Positions 47,401-59,121 of a DNA stretch of 64,000 nucleotides are shown here, piece by piece (within the stretch, counting starts at the first letter, position 1; the number at the start of each line of letters is the position of its first letter). The notes beneath the pieces were generated by a model that saw nothing but the letters and a program-made list of their open reading frames with translations, was not told where the DNA came from and made no database searches. A program made the translations under genes and the position numbers. Source of the stretch: Protoeuglena noctilucae (lineage: Eukaryota); NCBI GenBank assembly GCA_958009085.1, contig OY253670.1, positions 434,001 to 498,000 of the forward strand, read 5' to 3'.

Positions 47401-50076
47401 ACCACCCCCACCACCAGCACTCCCTCTCACCTGTCCCGTTGTGCGTCCCCGTCTGCCCTATCACCCCACCCCCACATCTCACCTGCCCCACCCTATCCAT
47501 GCCAAATCTGACCCATACTACCCCAGCCGCCACTCCCTCACCCGTCCCGTCGTGCGTCCCCGTCTGCGCCGCCGCCTCATGGGACAGGAAGATCACCACC
47601 GCCCCGTCGGGCGTGAAGCGCGGGGAGTGGGCGCTGAGCAGCCCCTGAGTCAGGCACACACACGCAGGGGGCTCCGTAGTAACTGCATTGGCAGTAGTAG
47701 CACCAGCACCACCAGTACCACCAGAACCACCAGAACCACTAGTACCACCAGTAGCATTAGAAGTGTTAGTGGTGGTAGTGTTTGTAGGTGCACCAGCTCC
47801 CGTCTTGGCAACCTCGGTTTCGGTTTTACCACCCCCCCGCGTGTTTGCATGGGGGTGCTTGGAGGGCATCGCGAGGGCGTAGAGGCGCGAGGGGCGGTTC
47901 ATGCAGTAAATAATGCCCAGCTGCTTGACCGTGAAGTAGTTGAGGGGCTTGCCCGGCCAGCCCACGAACTGCGGGGGGGTGGGGGGGTGAGTGGGGTGGC
48001 GGGTGTTGTGAGGGAGTGGGAGGGTGGCAGGGGTGAGGGGGAGTGGGATACAGCGGCGACTAAAGCAGGATGGGATTGCAGCCCTAATAACTAATGGGAT
48101 CAACATGACGGTCACCCACTCACCACGATGGACTCCCCGTCCGGGCTCCATAACGGCTGCCCGCACGACAGGTCAGGGTCGATGCCTGGGGGGGGAGAGA
48201 GAGTTGCTTGTCACCACAACATCGCCCCATCCTATCACAACATCAATACCACATCACCCTTCGATGCCATCGCAACTCACCCCCACCATGCGTTCCCCAT
48301 TCATCTTCCATTCTTCTATCACTCACCCGGCACCGCCTCCACTTCCCACGAAGCCAGGTCCATCACGAACAGACAGAGAGACAGAAAGACAGAAAGAGAG
48401 AGAGAGACACAGTGAATAGCCACTCACCCGGTACCGCCTCCACCTCCCACGATGCCAAATCCATCACGAACAGTCGGGGGATGCCGCGCCGGTGGTATGC
48501 CTCTCCCCAGTCTTGGTCCCACTTCCCCTTCCCGCGCCACGTCTTGGGCTGAAAGGGAGGTAAGCGAGCGACGGTGGTATTGGTAACACCATGCTCGTCA
48601 ACCAATCTCATCTCCCCACCCGTGTTGTAACCCAACTCTGCCACCGTCATCCCAGCCACGCTCGCAAACACCCCCTGTCACACCCATGCCACTCAAACAC
48701 CCCTGTCACCCACTCCCCACCAACCACCAACCCCTCACCTTGGCCCTTCCCTTGTCACCCAAGTCACGCTTGCAAACACCCAACCCACCCAGTCACATAA
48801 ATCACTTGCAAACACCCCCCGTCACACCCACGTCACTAATACGCACTACACACCCACCCCTGTCACCCACCATTCACCCCATCAACCACCCCATCAACCC
48901 CTCACCTTGGCCCTTCCCTTAGCCTCCCCCCCCACGCTCCTCGACCCGGCCGTGAACGCTCCCCACTCGGGCGTCTTCTCGGCAGCAGGCGCCTCAGCCA
49001 CGTAACAAACGCGGGACTCATCGGGGGACCAAGCGGCTCCATCGGCAAACCACCCGTCGTTGAACACACCCCGGTGCACCGACCTCGGTACCTCCACTTC
49101 CTTCAACAGCCGCCCGCCGCCCCAGATCTCCAAAATCGTCGGCTCCTTGTCCTTTCCCGGCCCGTCCGACTGCCTCACGACCAGCATGCGGCAGCCGGAG
49201 GGGCTGGGGGAGACCAACACCACGTCGGGACGCAGCTGCCATGGAAGGGAGGGGATCATCGTGGGCGCGGCGCCGACGATCACCGATACCGGGATGTGAA
49301 CCGTGGATACGAACCGGCGCATGGCGTTGTTCGCCAGGTCGCGCTGGTTGAAGAGGACCTGGGGGCCAAGGGGGCACGCGGAGATGAGAGAGGTGGGGGC
49401 ACGCGGGTGTGTTGGCGGGCGTGGGAGTCGTGTAGCCAAGCGAGCGCGTCATATGCATGGATGGTGACCAAGCATGACGTAGAAAAATAGGAACAGGTTT
49501 TAATAATGGGTTTCGCAGTGAGATAGGAGCCCGCGGGGTGCTCCCTCGCCTGGATGTCGCATCCGCCGATGGAAGACGGCATGCACCAGGCCTTGGAGAT
49601 GGTGGGGATCTCGCAGAAGCCCTCGAGCATGACGGTCTCGGCCTCGACGCCGCTCGGCTCCTCTCGGGCGCCGTTCCCTGCGCGCGGGGCGGCGCAGGCG
49701 CGGGTTGGTTCGCGGCGCGCTTGCTCGCGACAGGTGCCCGCGATGCGGGCCCGGGAGGCCCCGGCGCGGCCTCCCACGATCGGCATGGCGTCATAGAGCG
49801 ACCCTGTCGCGGCATCGCAGACATCCGCGGTCGCAGGGGCCGCGGCGGGGGCGCAAGAAGGCTCGCACCGTTCGCGGGACGCTCGGTCGACGCCGCGTTC
49901 ATCGTAACTCCCAATGGCGTGGCGGATGCAGCGATCTTGGCCGTTTGAGGGACGCCGCGGGCGCGAGGAGCGGCTGGGACGGCTCCCGGGGCCCTGCAGA
50001 GCGCGGCGATGTGCGCGGCTCGGCGGAGCGCGCAGGGTCCAAGCAAGCGGGGACTGAGGCCCACGCAGCGAATCAT
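44423..50076 (-). CDS. APEH: Acylamino-acid-releasing enzyme (acylpeptide hydrolase, family S9C)
   Basis: PHGGPH, VNFRGSTGFGE, nucleophile GGSHGG (~45360), LGSQDMRVP (Asp) and FEDKHDL (His). N-terminal propeller motifs HRGVFNDGWFADGAAWS and GIIYCMNRPSRLY. Confidence 0.93.
47210..47294. repeat. (GGTGGCAGTGRG)n 12-mer minisatellite in an APEH intron
   Basis: About 7 tandem copies. A shorter related array occurs at ~31985-32025. Confidence 0.9.
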
Positions 50077-50589
50077 TGATGACGATGGAGCCTCAAAGAT
50101 GCGGAATTCCTACGAAACAACGACCATCGACGCGTCGAGGGGCGGGGAGAAGGCCAGAGCGACCGCCGAAGTCTACAGGCTTCGGGAGGGCACGCGGGAA
50201 TGCGCACGGATGGCGATGTGAGGGACTTGAGGCGGGGATGGAGGGATGGCGTCGATTGCCGGCGAAAACTCCCTCGTCAGTCTCGACCGGTGAGGTCGCC
50301 GGCCGACGGCAGGCGAAAGGCCGCTCATGCAGCTCACCTGGAGGTACGATGGCCGGTTGGCCAAAGCGATGCGGCGCTTTTCGACACAGAATGGCTCGGG
50401 GGGCCGGTGACCCCGGGGAGAGGTTTTGTCGCGGCCGATTGGCGCGCCCGGCACTCCTTGCGACAGCTACGTTCTCACGGAGCAACTGGGCCTCCGCGCG
50501 CCCGCGTCCCCGGCCCTGTGCGCTTCATTCCTGGCTCTTCAGGCGTCAGACACCTCGTTTCTTCAATCCCGCAGCAACAAAGTCGCCCT

Positions 50590-53500
50590 CTACGTCCTCT
50601 GGTGCTGCTGGAGCGTGATCTTGTCGCCGAGGGCGAGGGCGATGCCCTGCGTCTTGGACCGGATGCGGATGTGGCCCTCGAGCGTCCCCGCCCCCGTCTT
50701 CTCCACGCTCATGTTGACCAGCGCGTCCTCGCCGAAGACGCTCCGCGCGTAGAGGTTGGCGGCGAGGAAGCGGGACTCGCCGTCGAGCGCGTTAGGCGGC
50801 GTCAGGCACCGCATATTGGTGGCCCGGCAGATGTGCTCCAGGAAGTCCCTCGGCTCCGTGATGCGCGTGTTGACCGATACCTTGTTCTCCCACTCGAATT
50901 CGGCCCACATGGACCGGAACTGCGCGTCCGGCACGGTCGCCGGGTGGATGTAGTCCATGATGTCGACGTGCACGTCGTTCATCACCACCACGCTCCGCTC
51001 CCCGTAGCCCTTCCCCTCGTATACCACGTTCCCGAACACCACGCCCGTCTCGGTGGACGAAACCTTGATGTTGGCGCGCACCGTGCGGGCCTCCCCGGGG
51101 CTGTGGGGGATGGGCACGGACGGGGGACGAAGGTGAGCCTCAGTCACTACGCTGTTGTTCTTGAGTGGCTAGCTCTACGCCATCTCAGCCAGGTCACTGC
51201 TGTGCAACATCTCAACCATATCACTGCGCCATCCCAGCCACGTCACAACGCCACCTCAACTACCCTGACATGCCACTCCAGCCACATGACTGCGTTGTGC
51301 CATGCGCACATCCCATCCACCCCGGGTCTCGCCTGAGCGTGAGGGGCGCGGGCCTCTCCACGACCTTCAGGTCCCCCATGGTCGCCAGCTCCAGCACCAG
51401 GTTGCGCATGTGCTCCTGCGAGGGAGATGATAGGAAAGCGTGAGAAGAAGTAAGCAGTGCTCTCTGTGTCAAAGTCTTGATCGTGTCGTCAACACCATTA
51501 CGCGACCGAGCCGTCTGAAGCGAGCATGCAACCGTAGCCTTCTCGGGCACCCTCACATTGACAGGTATCTCTCCCACCCTGCAATGCACCCCCCGGGCCC
51601 CTCATCGCAATCGCCCCCCCCTTATTCACACGAACCCCCCCTCGCCCCTCGCCTGTGTGCGGTTGATGAGCGTGACGTCCATGACGATGTCGTACTGGTG
51701 GACAGTCACGAGTGCCTCGGCATACACCGGGTCGCTCAGCCCCGTCAGCTGCAGGGTGCGCTGGCGAGACGAGGCGTCGCGGTCTTCCTGGGGGGGGAAG
51801 GGAGAGGGTGGAGATGAGGTTTGGGGAGCAGGGACACAAGGTTGGGTGCATGAGCAAGGAAGAGTGGTACTGGGGGAGTTGCAATGGTTGACAGAGTGCG
51901 CCCACAATACACGCGCCTCCCCTGTACCCCACAACGCATGTTCTGTAACCCATCCACACAACTCGCCTGCGTGAACCCCGTGGCCTTCACCAGGTCGTCG
52001 TCGTCTGCCGCCCCCTGTGCCGCCGACTGGGAACGCAGCTGGGGGATGTCCACGGGGGCGTCCGGCTGCACCTGCGAGCGACATGTGGCGATGCGGCGGG
52101 TGAGGAGCAAGACGAGACCACTAAGTCGTTGCTGTACTTGTGACCCAGTCGCAGTGCTGTGCTGGCACAGCCACAGTAGCGCTTCTGCCACAGCACATTG
52201 ACCCCTGTAACCTCCCCCGCCCATACCAGCCCCGCCCATGCGCTCATCGCAGGCAACCCCGCCCCCTCTGCTCGCCTGGGCCACTGCCTCCCCCCTGTAA
52301 CCTCCCCCCATGTTATCCCATGCCATCCCACATCATCGCCCATGCGCCCATCGCACCCTCCTCCCCCACCACTCGCCTGGGCCACTGCCTCCCCCCCCTC
52401 AGCTGCTGCTGCTGCGTTGCGTTCGGCTATCATCCGTTCGAATGCGCGCCGGGACTCGTCCAGGAACAGCTGCTGAAGCACCGCGTCCTTGCTCGTCTGC
52501 AACGATGTCAAACGAGAAGATGCGATGGGATCGATGCGATCGTATTATGCATGGCCAGCATAATACGATGATAGCTGTCACTGTGACTGTCATGCATACC
52601 ACCACTCACCAGTGCCTGCATGGCCAGCATGATGCGGTCATAGCTGTCCGTGTCCACCGGTGCCGTGCCTGGCGCCTCCCCCAGCCGCAGCACCGCCGTG
52701 AAGAACAGCATGTACTGCGTGCAGCAAATCACGGAATAATTATTTCTAATGCCTTGCAGTTTCGCTCTCAAGTTTCGCGAACCCACCACCGTGCAAGCAT
52801 GTGTGCCATGCAGCCGCATGCTTACACCTCCCCCCCACTTACCTGCGCGGCCGCCAGGTTAAACGCCTCCGGTGCGATGGCCCCCATAGACCGAAGCTTG
52901 AACAGCAGCTTGGCCACAGTAGTAGCGGCAACCGCTGCCAGGAAGTAGTCGCCCCCCAGCACGAGCGCCCGCACGTTGGGAGCCTGCGGGCCCACCCCGG
53001 CTGTCTTGGCGGCCATCGCTTGCTCGGTCACCGCTGTCTGTGTGGCGTAGCTCCCGTCTGGCAGCACCACGGTGCGGGTGCTGCCGCGGGGGGCGTCGGC
53101 GGCCGGGGCGGCGGGGTCGGAGGGGCGGTCGGCGTCGGGGGAGATCTGTGGGGTGGGGTGGGGGGCGGGGGTGGTGGAAGTGAGGGTGGGGTGAGCATCA
53201 ACATCTCATGTATAAAGTCATTCCCACCCAGACAATTCCCTAGTACCGTTCGAACGATCACACTACCCGCGTCTGTCGCCATGTCCGATTGCGTACCGCC
53301 CTAACCCCCCATACCCTACCGCCCTCCACCCCACCCCCTCACCAGGGGCAGGTCCCCCAGGGACGTCCTCAGCGTCTCGAGCGCCCCCCGGACCTCCGCG
53401 GGCGTCGCGGCGTACTCAGACATGACCCAGAGACTGGAGGCGCACACCCGGCCGGACCGGGTCTGCCGGAAGGTATCCACCAGCCGAGACATGACGGTCG

Positions 53501-56026
53501 CACGGAGGTCGGGGGACGCCTCTGCGATCTCCCGGACGAAGTGGACGACTTCCAGAGCGCTGGCGGCGCTGGAATCGCCCAGGAAGTCCATGAGGAGGTG
53601 GACGACGGACGGGGCGACGGACGGGAAGCGGACCGCGCATCGGTGGACGCCCGCGATGAGGAGCTGGCGGTACTGGGGGCCGCCCTCCACGTCCTTGGAC
53701 TGCGGGGGGTGGGGGGGGGGGGGGGGGGGGGGGAATGGGAGATGTTATGGAATCTGAGATGAACTCTAGGGTTTGGACAGGCAGGGTGGTGAGGCGGTGC
53801 TCGCGATGCAAAAGGAGGGGCGTGGGCATGGGCATGTCTTTGAACTGGCACCTCACGATCTCCTTCTTCAGCACCTGCACCCCTCTTGTTGACAATCACT
53901 CACCTGTGACCTCACGATCTCCTTCTTGAGCACTTGCACGACCTCGTCGATGGTCCCCTTGGACACCAGGCCCAGCGCCAGGTCCAACACCTTTTTGCGC
54001 ACCTCCATGGACTGCGGGGAGGGGGCAGAGGGACAGGGGGTGTTTGTGAGAGAGACAGGCGTTTGTCGCAATCAGCAGTGTGGCCAGCGAGGCGGTGGTG
54101 GGACAATACGCACATGCGAGGTTGCCGACACAATCAAACCCCGTCATCGACTCTTCCCCCCCCACCAGCCCGTGTGTCTCGCCTGGGTGTTGAGTGCCCT
54201 GAGCAGGTCCATCAAAAAGTCCTTGACGGTGGCCTGGTGCTTGTCGCGGAGGCTGGCGATGCGGTCCAGCACGATGAGCTTCACGTTGTTGTCGGACTGG
54301 GACACCTGGGGGAGGGGAGAGTGAAGCGGGAGGTGAAACGGAGGTAAACAAAGGCTAGAAGTAGTGTTGTCGGACTTGGACGGGGGACTTGGACCGGGGG
54401 GGGGTGGGGTGGGGGAGAGGGAGATGGAGAGGGAGGTGAACGGTGGTGAGCGAAGGCAAGCGAACGTGAGCGGAGGTGAATCAGGGTTTAGCAGAGGTGA
54501 TCAGAGGCAGAGGATAGCAGAGACCAACAGAGAGTGTACAGGGTGCGCATGCGCCGGCCGAAGCTGTCCGTCTCGCCGCATGTCTTCATCAGCATGCACG
54601 TACAGGTCGCAACCAAACGTGTAACAGTGACTCACCAGCAGCTGGACGTAGCAGTTGGCGACGGCGCGGATGGCGGTGGGCGCCTGGGAGAGCTGCGTCA
54701 GGACGTACGCCGCCTCAAAGACCACCGAGGGAGACGACGACTGGACGAACGCAAGCACGATCTGCGGGCCATGAAAGTACAGGTGATGCAGCGGTGACGA
54801 GTAAGGAAATGAGTAGAAGTAGCAGGTGGCAGTCAGGTCGCGGTGAGAGCGAGGGGGAGGAAGCTTAGACCCGAACCCAGGCGAATGCACCGCCCACCCG
54901 CCCCGCCGCTCGCCTGCACGAACGTCCCCCTCTGGGCCGGCTGAGTGCGGCAGGCCTTGCGGACCAGCTGCAGCCCCGCCATCTGCATCGTGTCCTGCCA
55001 CTCCACGAGCCGGGCCTTGTTCTCCACCAAAAACTGCAGGGCGCGCGTCTCAGCGTGATTGATTAGGAAGTGGAACGCGTTGCGGCGGGCGCTGGGGTCC
55101 TCCTCCTGCCGCAGAAACTTGTCGATGACCTCGGCCGCGTCCGGAATCAGCACGTCGCCCTTCGGGAGCTTCGCGACGGAGTCGACGGCGAGCACTGCGT
55201 TGCGCCGGACGTACGCCTTGCGATGGTCCAAGCACGCGAGGATCGAGGGCACCAGGGGCTCCAGGATGTCCTCCTCGTGGATGCGGCAGAGGAAGCGGAG
55301 CGTCACGCCGCGCAGGAACTCGTTCGGGTGCTGCAGGTTGTTGCGCAGGTTTTGGCAAATGAGGATCATCTCGGGGAGCAGCTTGCCCGACGCGTCCGTC
55401 TTCTTGATCGTCTCCTGCGCGAAGCGGGGGGCACGAGGCGGAGCGAGATGAGCGACTTCGACGGGGCAGCGAGGCGGACGGTCGCTGCGGGCCGGCGCGG
55501 GCGGAAACGGCGCGTCGCACAGCGCGTCATGCAGTGCGGGCCCCGCGGCGTCCCCCGTCCCAGATCCTCCCCCTCCGCGCACGCAGCGAGCACAACAAAG
55601 TCGTACCTGTTCGCGTCTGCGTCTAGGGGACAGGCTAGCGGCGTTCTGCGCCCGGCGCGGCCAGCCAAAGGGTCAAGGCCGGCAGGGTCGTCCGCGTGGC
55701 GCGCCGAGGCGGGTCCGGGGTCGAGAGCCCGATGCGATGGAAAGAACGCATGAAAATCAATCGCGAACGCCCAGGGGCCTCACCAAGTAGAGCAGCAGCA
55801 GCTTTTGGACGAGGTGGTTGTCGGTGGGGAGGACGTAGCGCACGATGGTGAAGAAGAGCTGGTCGAGCTGCTCTCCGTTGAGTATCAGCGCGATGACCTG
55901 CTTCATCGCCTCCGCCTTCTCGCCCGGATCGGCCGACTCGAGCATCTTCTTCAGGTCCACCTGGTTGGGGTTCCGATCGGAGTGCACCAGCATGGTGCAG
56001 GTCTGCTCCGTGAGGCTGCTCGTCAT
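50590..56026 (-). CDS. COPB1: Coatomer subunit beta (beta-COP)
   Basis: CTMLVH...[124 protein letters not shown]. Confidence 0.98.
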
Positions 56027-56403
56027 CGCGCCGTCGGGCCAGCCTGGGCGGGCGTGTGCCCTTGCAGACCCGGGCCCCGCGGGCGCCGAACGACCTCTGT
56101 CCTCAGTCCCGCGCCCCTCTTCGCGGAATCGGGACGACCATGCAGCGGCTGGGACGTCTCCTGGACACGATCCCGCAGCCGCACGCGCCAGCAATCCCCA
56201 CGCGGCCGCCCACGACGCCGCTACTTCACACGACCCAGCAAGCGACGCGCGGAGCCTCTCTGCTCGCCTGCTACGCTCTACGCTATGCGTGACGAGCACG
56301 GGAATGGCAGCGGCAAGCCCCGGCGAGCCCAAAGGGGCCGCGGGCGACGGCCAGGCACTGCGCACTGGCGCGTGTCAGTGGCACCACGCGTCCGCCTCCA
56401 CGA

Positions 56404-58510
56404 CTAGCCCTCGGTGACGGAAGCGGCCGCAAATGAGCGCGCGAGGATGGGCTCTAGCGTACCCTGGATCTCCATGAGCGTCTTCTGCAGGCGCACCTCC
56501 TGCGCGACCCGGTCCCGCAGCTGCATGAAAAGCGAGTCCACGTCCGCGCTGCGGCCCATCTCCGCCGCGGAGCAGTCCAACGTGCGTCCGGCAACCTCGA
56601 CCAGAGTCGCCATGAACCGCGGGTCCGCGATGTGCTTGCAGAGGAAGCGCAGCAGCGGCACAAGCGACTCGGGAGGCCGCCCGCCCAGCCCAGCGTCCAG
56701 CGCGCCCCGCTGCGCCAGCGCCACCAGCACCGCATCGACCACGGCGGGGTCCCCCGTCGCCAGAGCCGCGTCCAGAGCGTCCCGGTGCCGGAACTGCCGC
56801 AAAAGGCGGTCATAGGGTCGCAAGTGCGCCCGTCGCTGCCGCTCCACGACGAACGCGTCCTCCGCGGCCTTCTCGCTCTGACCCCGAATGAAGTAGCGGT
56901 AGTTATGCGCCGTCAGCCACTGCCGCCTGGGCCGCTCGGGAGCCTCCCCCTGCGGAGTGGCGAAGGCGGGGTGGGTGTCTCGCTCGCACGCCAATGTAGG
57001 GGGTAGCTGACCCGCATCCGAGCGCAGGTGGCGCCAACAGGAATACCAGCCAAACATTTACCACTTTCCCTCTGGATGGGTCTCCCATCCGGACCCCTTT
57101 GCGTGTCTGCATGGCAAGCATCCCCACCCACCACCCCCACCTGACTGGGCCCAGCCTCCGGATCGTCCGGCTCCTGCGTCACGTGCTTCTTCATCGACAG
57201 CGCCCCGTCCGCCATGCCCACCGCGAGCGTGCTGCTGTCCGGAGCAATGCCCACCGCCGTCACGGGCGCTGCGGCCACGACCAAAGCGAACCACGGTTGA
57301 TGCTGCCCTCACAGCTCGCTGCCCCCATTCCCCGGCCCAGATGCCAGCGTCCCCCGTGGCACGGCGCCAGCCACTCACCGGCGTATTTGATCGAGTGAGT
57401 GACCTGGAATGAGTCCAACTCATGGACCTTCACGTGGCCGTCGAGGCCCCCCGTCACGAGCCGCGGGCCCGCGCCCCCGTCGCCCGCCTCGCATCGCGCC
57501 AGGCACAGACTCGTCACCGTCTTCTGATGCGTCTCTCCCCGATGCAGCAAGCGCCCGCCCGCCAACACGTCCCACACGCACACCGCGTTGCCCCCCGCGC
57601 TCGCCAGGAGCGAGCCCCCTGGCAGGTACAGCAACGCCTCCACCGGGGCGCCGTGATCCATCATCATCACGCACTCCCCCGACCGCACGTCCCACACCCG
57701 CACTGAATGGTCGTAGCCCCCCGTGGCCCACGTCTCCTCGGATGCAGGACTGCACGCCGCAGACCGCACGTAGTCTGCGGGCATCAAGACCCACGCGAGA
57801 TTCCTTACCTAATTCCAGCGCTTGCTTGGCAGGTGACCCATAATCCAGCAAGTAACCCCCTCAGCGAGTGGTCGTAGGCGAAAGGCACTCACCGGTGTTT
57901 CCGTCCATGCGCAGGACCTGCCTGCCCTGGGTGATGTCCCAGTATCGCACGGTGACGTCATCGGAGGCGGAGACGAGGTGGACGCGATCGGGAGAGAAGC
58001 GGCAGGCGTGGACGGGCTTGGTGTGGCCCCGGAACTGGCGAAGCAGGGACCGGCTGCCACAGTCGAAGACCTGCACCAGGCCCTGCTCGCCGCCCGCGCA
58101 CAGGAGCCGCGCGTCGTGGCGCAGGCAGCCGCTGTACGCTGTCTCCTGGAACCTAGTGAACTGCCTTCGGAGGTCGCGGGTGCGGGGGTCGTACAGCAGC
58201 ACGCGCGTGGACGCCGTGACGGCGAACACGTGCGGCGCAGCGACGCTGAAGTCGATGTAGGTCACGGGACCGTACTGGTTCGCGACTGCGGGAGAGGGGC
58301 AGGCGGAGGGGCGGCGTGTGAAGCCCGCCCTCGCGCTCGGCGCCAGCTTCCCGACGACGCCGCGCCTGAGCGGCAGCTGAGCTAGCACTCACTTAATGGG
58401 GACTTGAACTTGCGCCAGAACTTGCCCTCCGCCGTCTCGCGCAGCACTCGCGGGGGGAACACAGTCGGCTGCACCTTCTGATACTCTCCCAGCTGCGAAA
58501 AGGAGAGCAT
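56404..58510 (-). CDS. UTP15: U3 snoRNA-associated protein 15 (WD40 repeats plus UTP15_C)
   Basis: ETAEGKFWRKFK; FAVTASTRV; FTRFQETAYSG; LLRQFRGH; DYVRS; TGGYDHSVRVWD; HQKTVTSL; C-terminal HLRPYDRLLRQFRHRDALD. Confidence 0.95.
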
Positions 58511-59121
58511 CGCAGTCTTGTCACACGCAGTCATAGCGATAAATTCGCTGGCGGAGCGAAGTCCAGCCTCAGAGAGCGACCGCGCCGGCGCGGGGACGCC
58601 CGCGGCGTGCTTGCTCGGGTGTGGCTGCCCTCTCGCTCGCCGCTCCTCACCTGCAGCGCCGCAACCCCCTGGTCAAGCCGCTCATATTGTATAGGGGCGC
58701 CCGACATGACGGGGACGCCGCCCCGGGCCTTGCCCGCAGCCAGGCAGCCCTCTCAGTTTTGGGCGAGACTCAGAGCCAAAAGCTGCAAGCTGCACGGGGT
58801 CCTGGTTGCAGCTATTCACGTGGAAGTCCACTTGCAAACATCGGACGCGGCCGTGTTGAGCGCGCACTGCTGTGAGACAAGTGCGGCACAACCTACGTTG
58901 CCCTAAGTTCCCTGACTCTGCAGCTTACCCCGCATTGCGTCTCCCTACTTCCTCTCCTGACACTACTTTACGCTTGAGGGCAGCCATCAAGCGAGACGTG
59001 GCGCTTGCAGTGCGGGTTCACCACTTGACGCGGCCGCCGGCTCCGTGAGGCCCTTCCCGCGTGCCTGCGCAGAAACGTCCGTCGCTCTCCGCCGAGGTTG
59101 TGTCGTTCGCGTCGCCTCATC

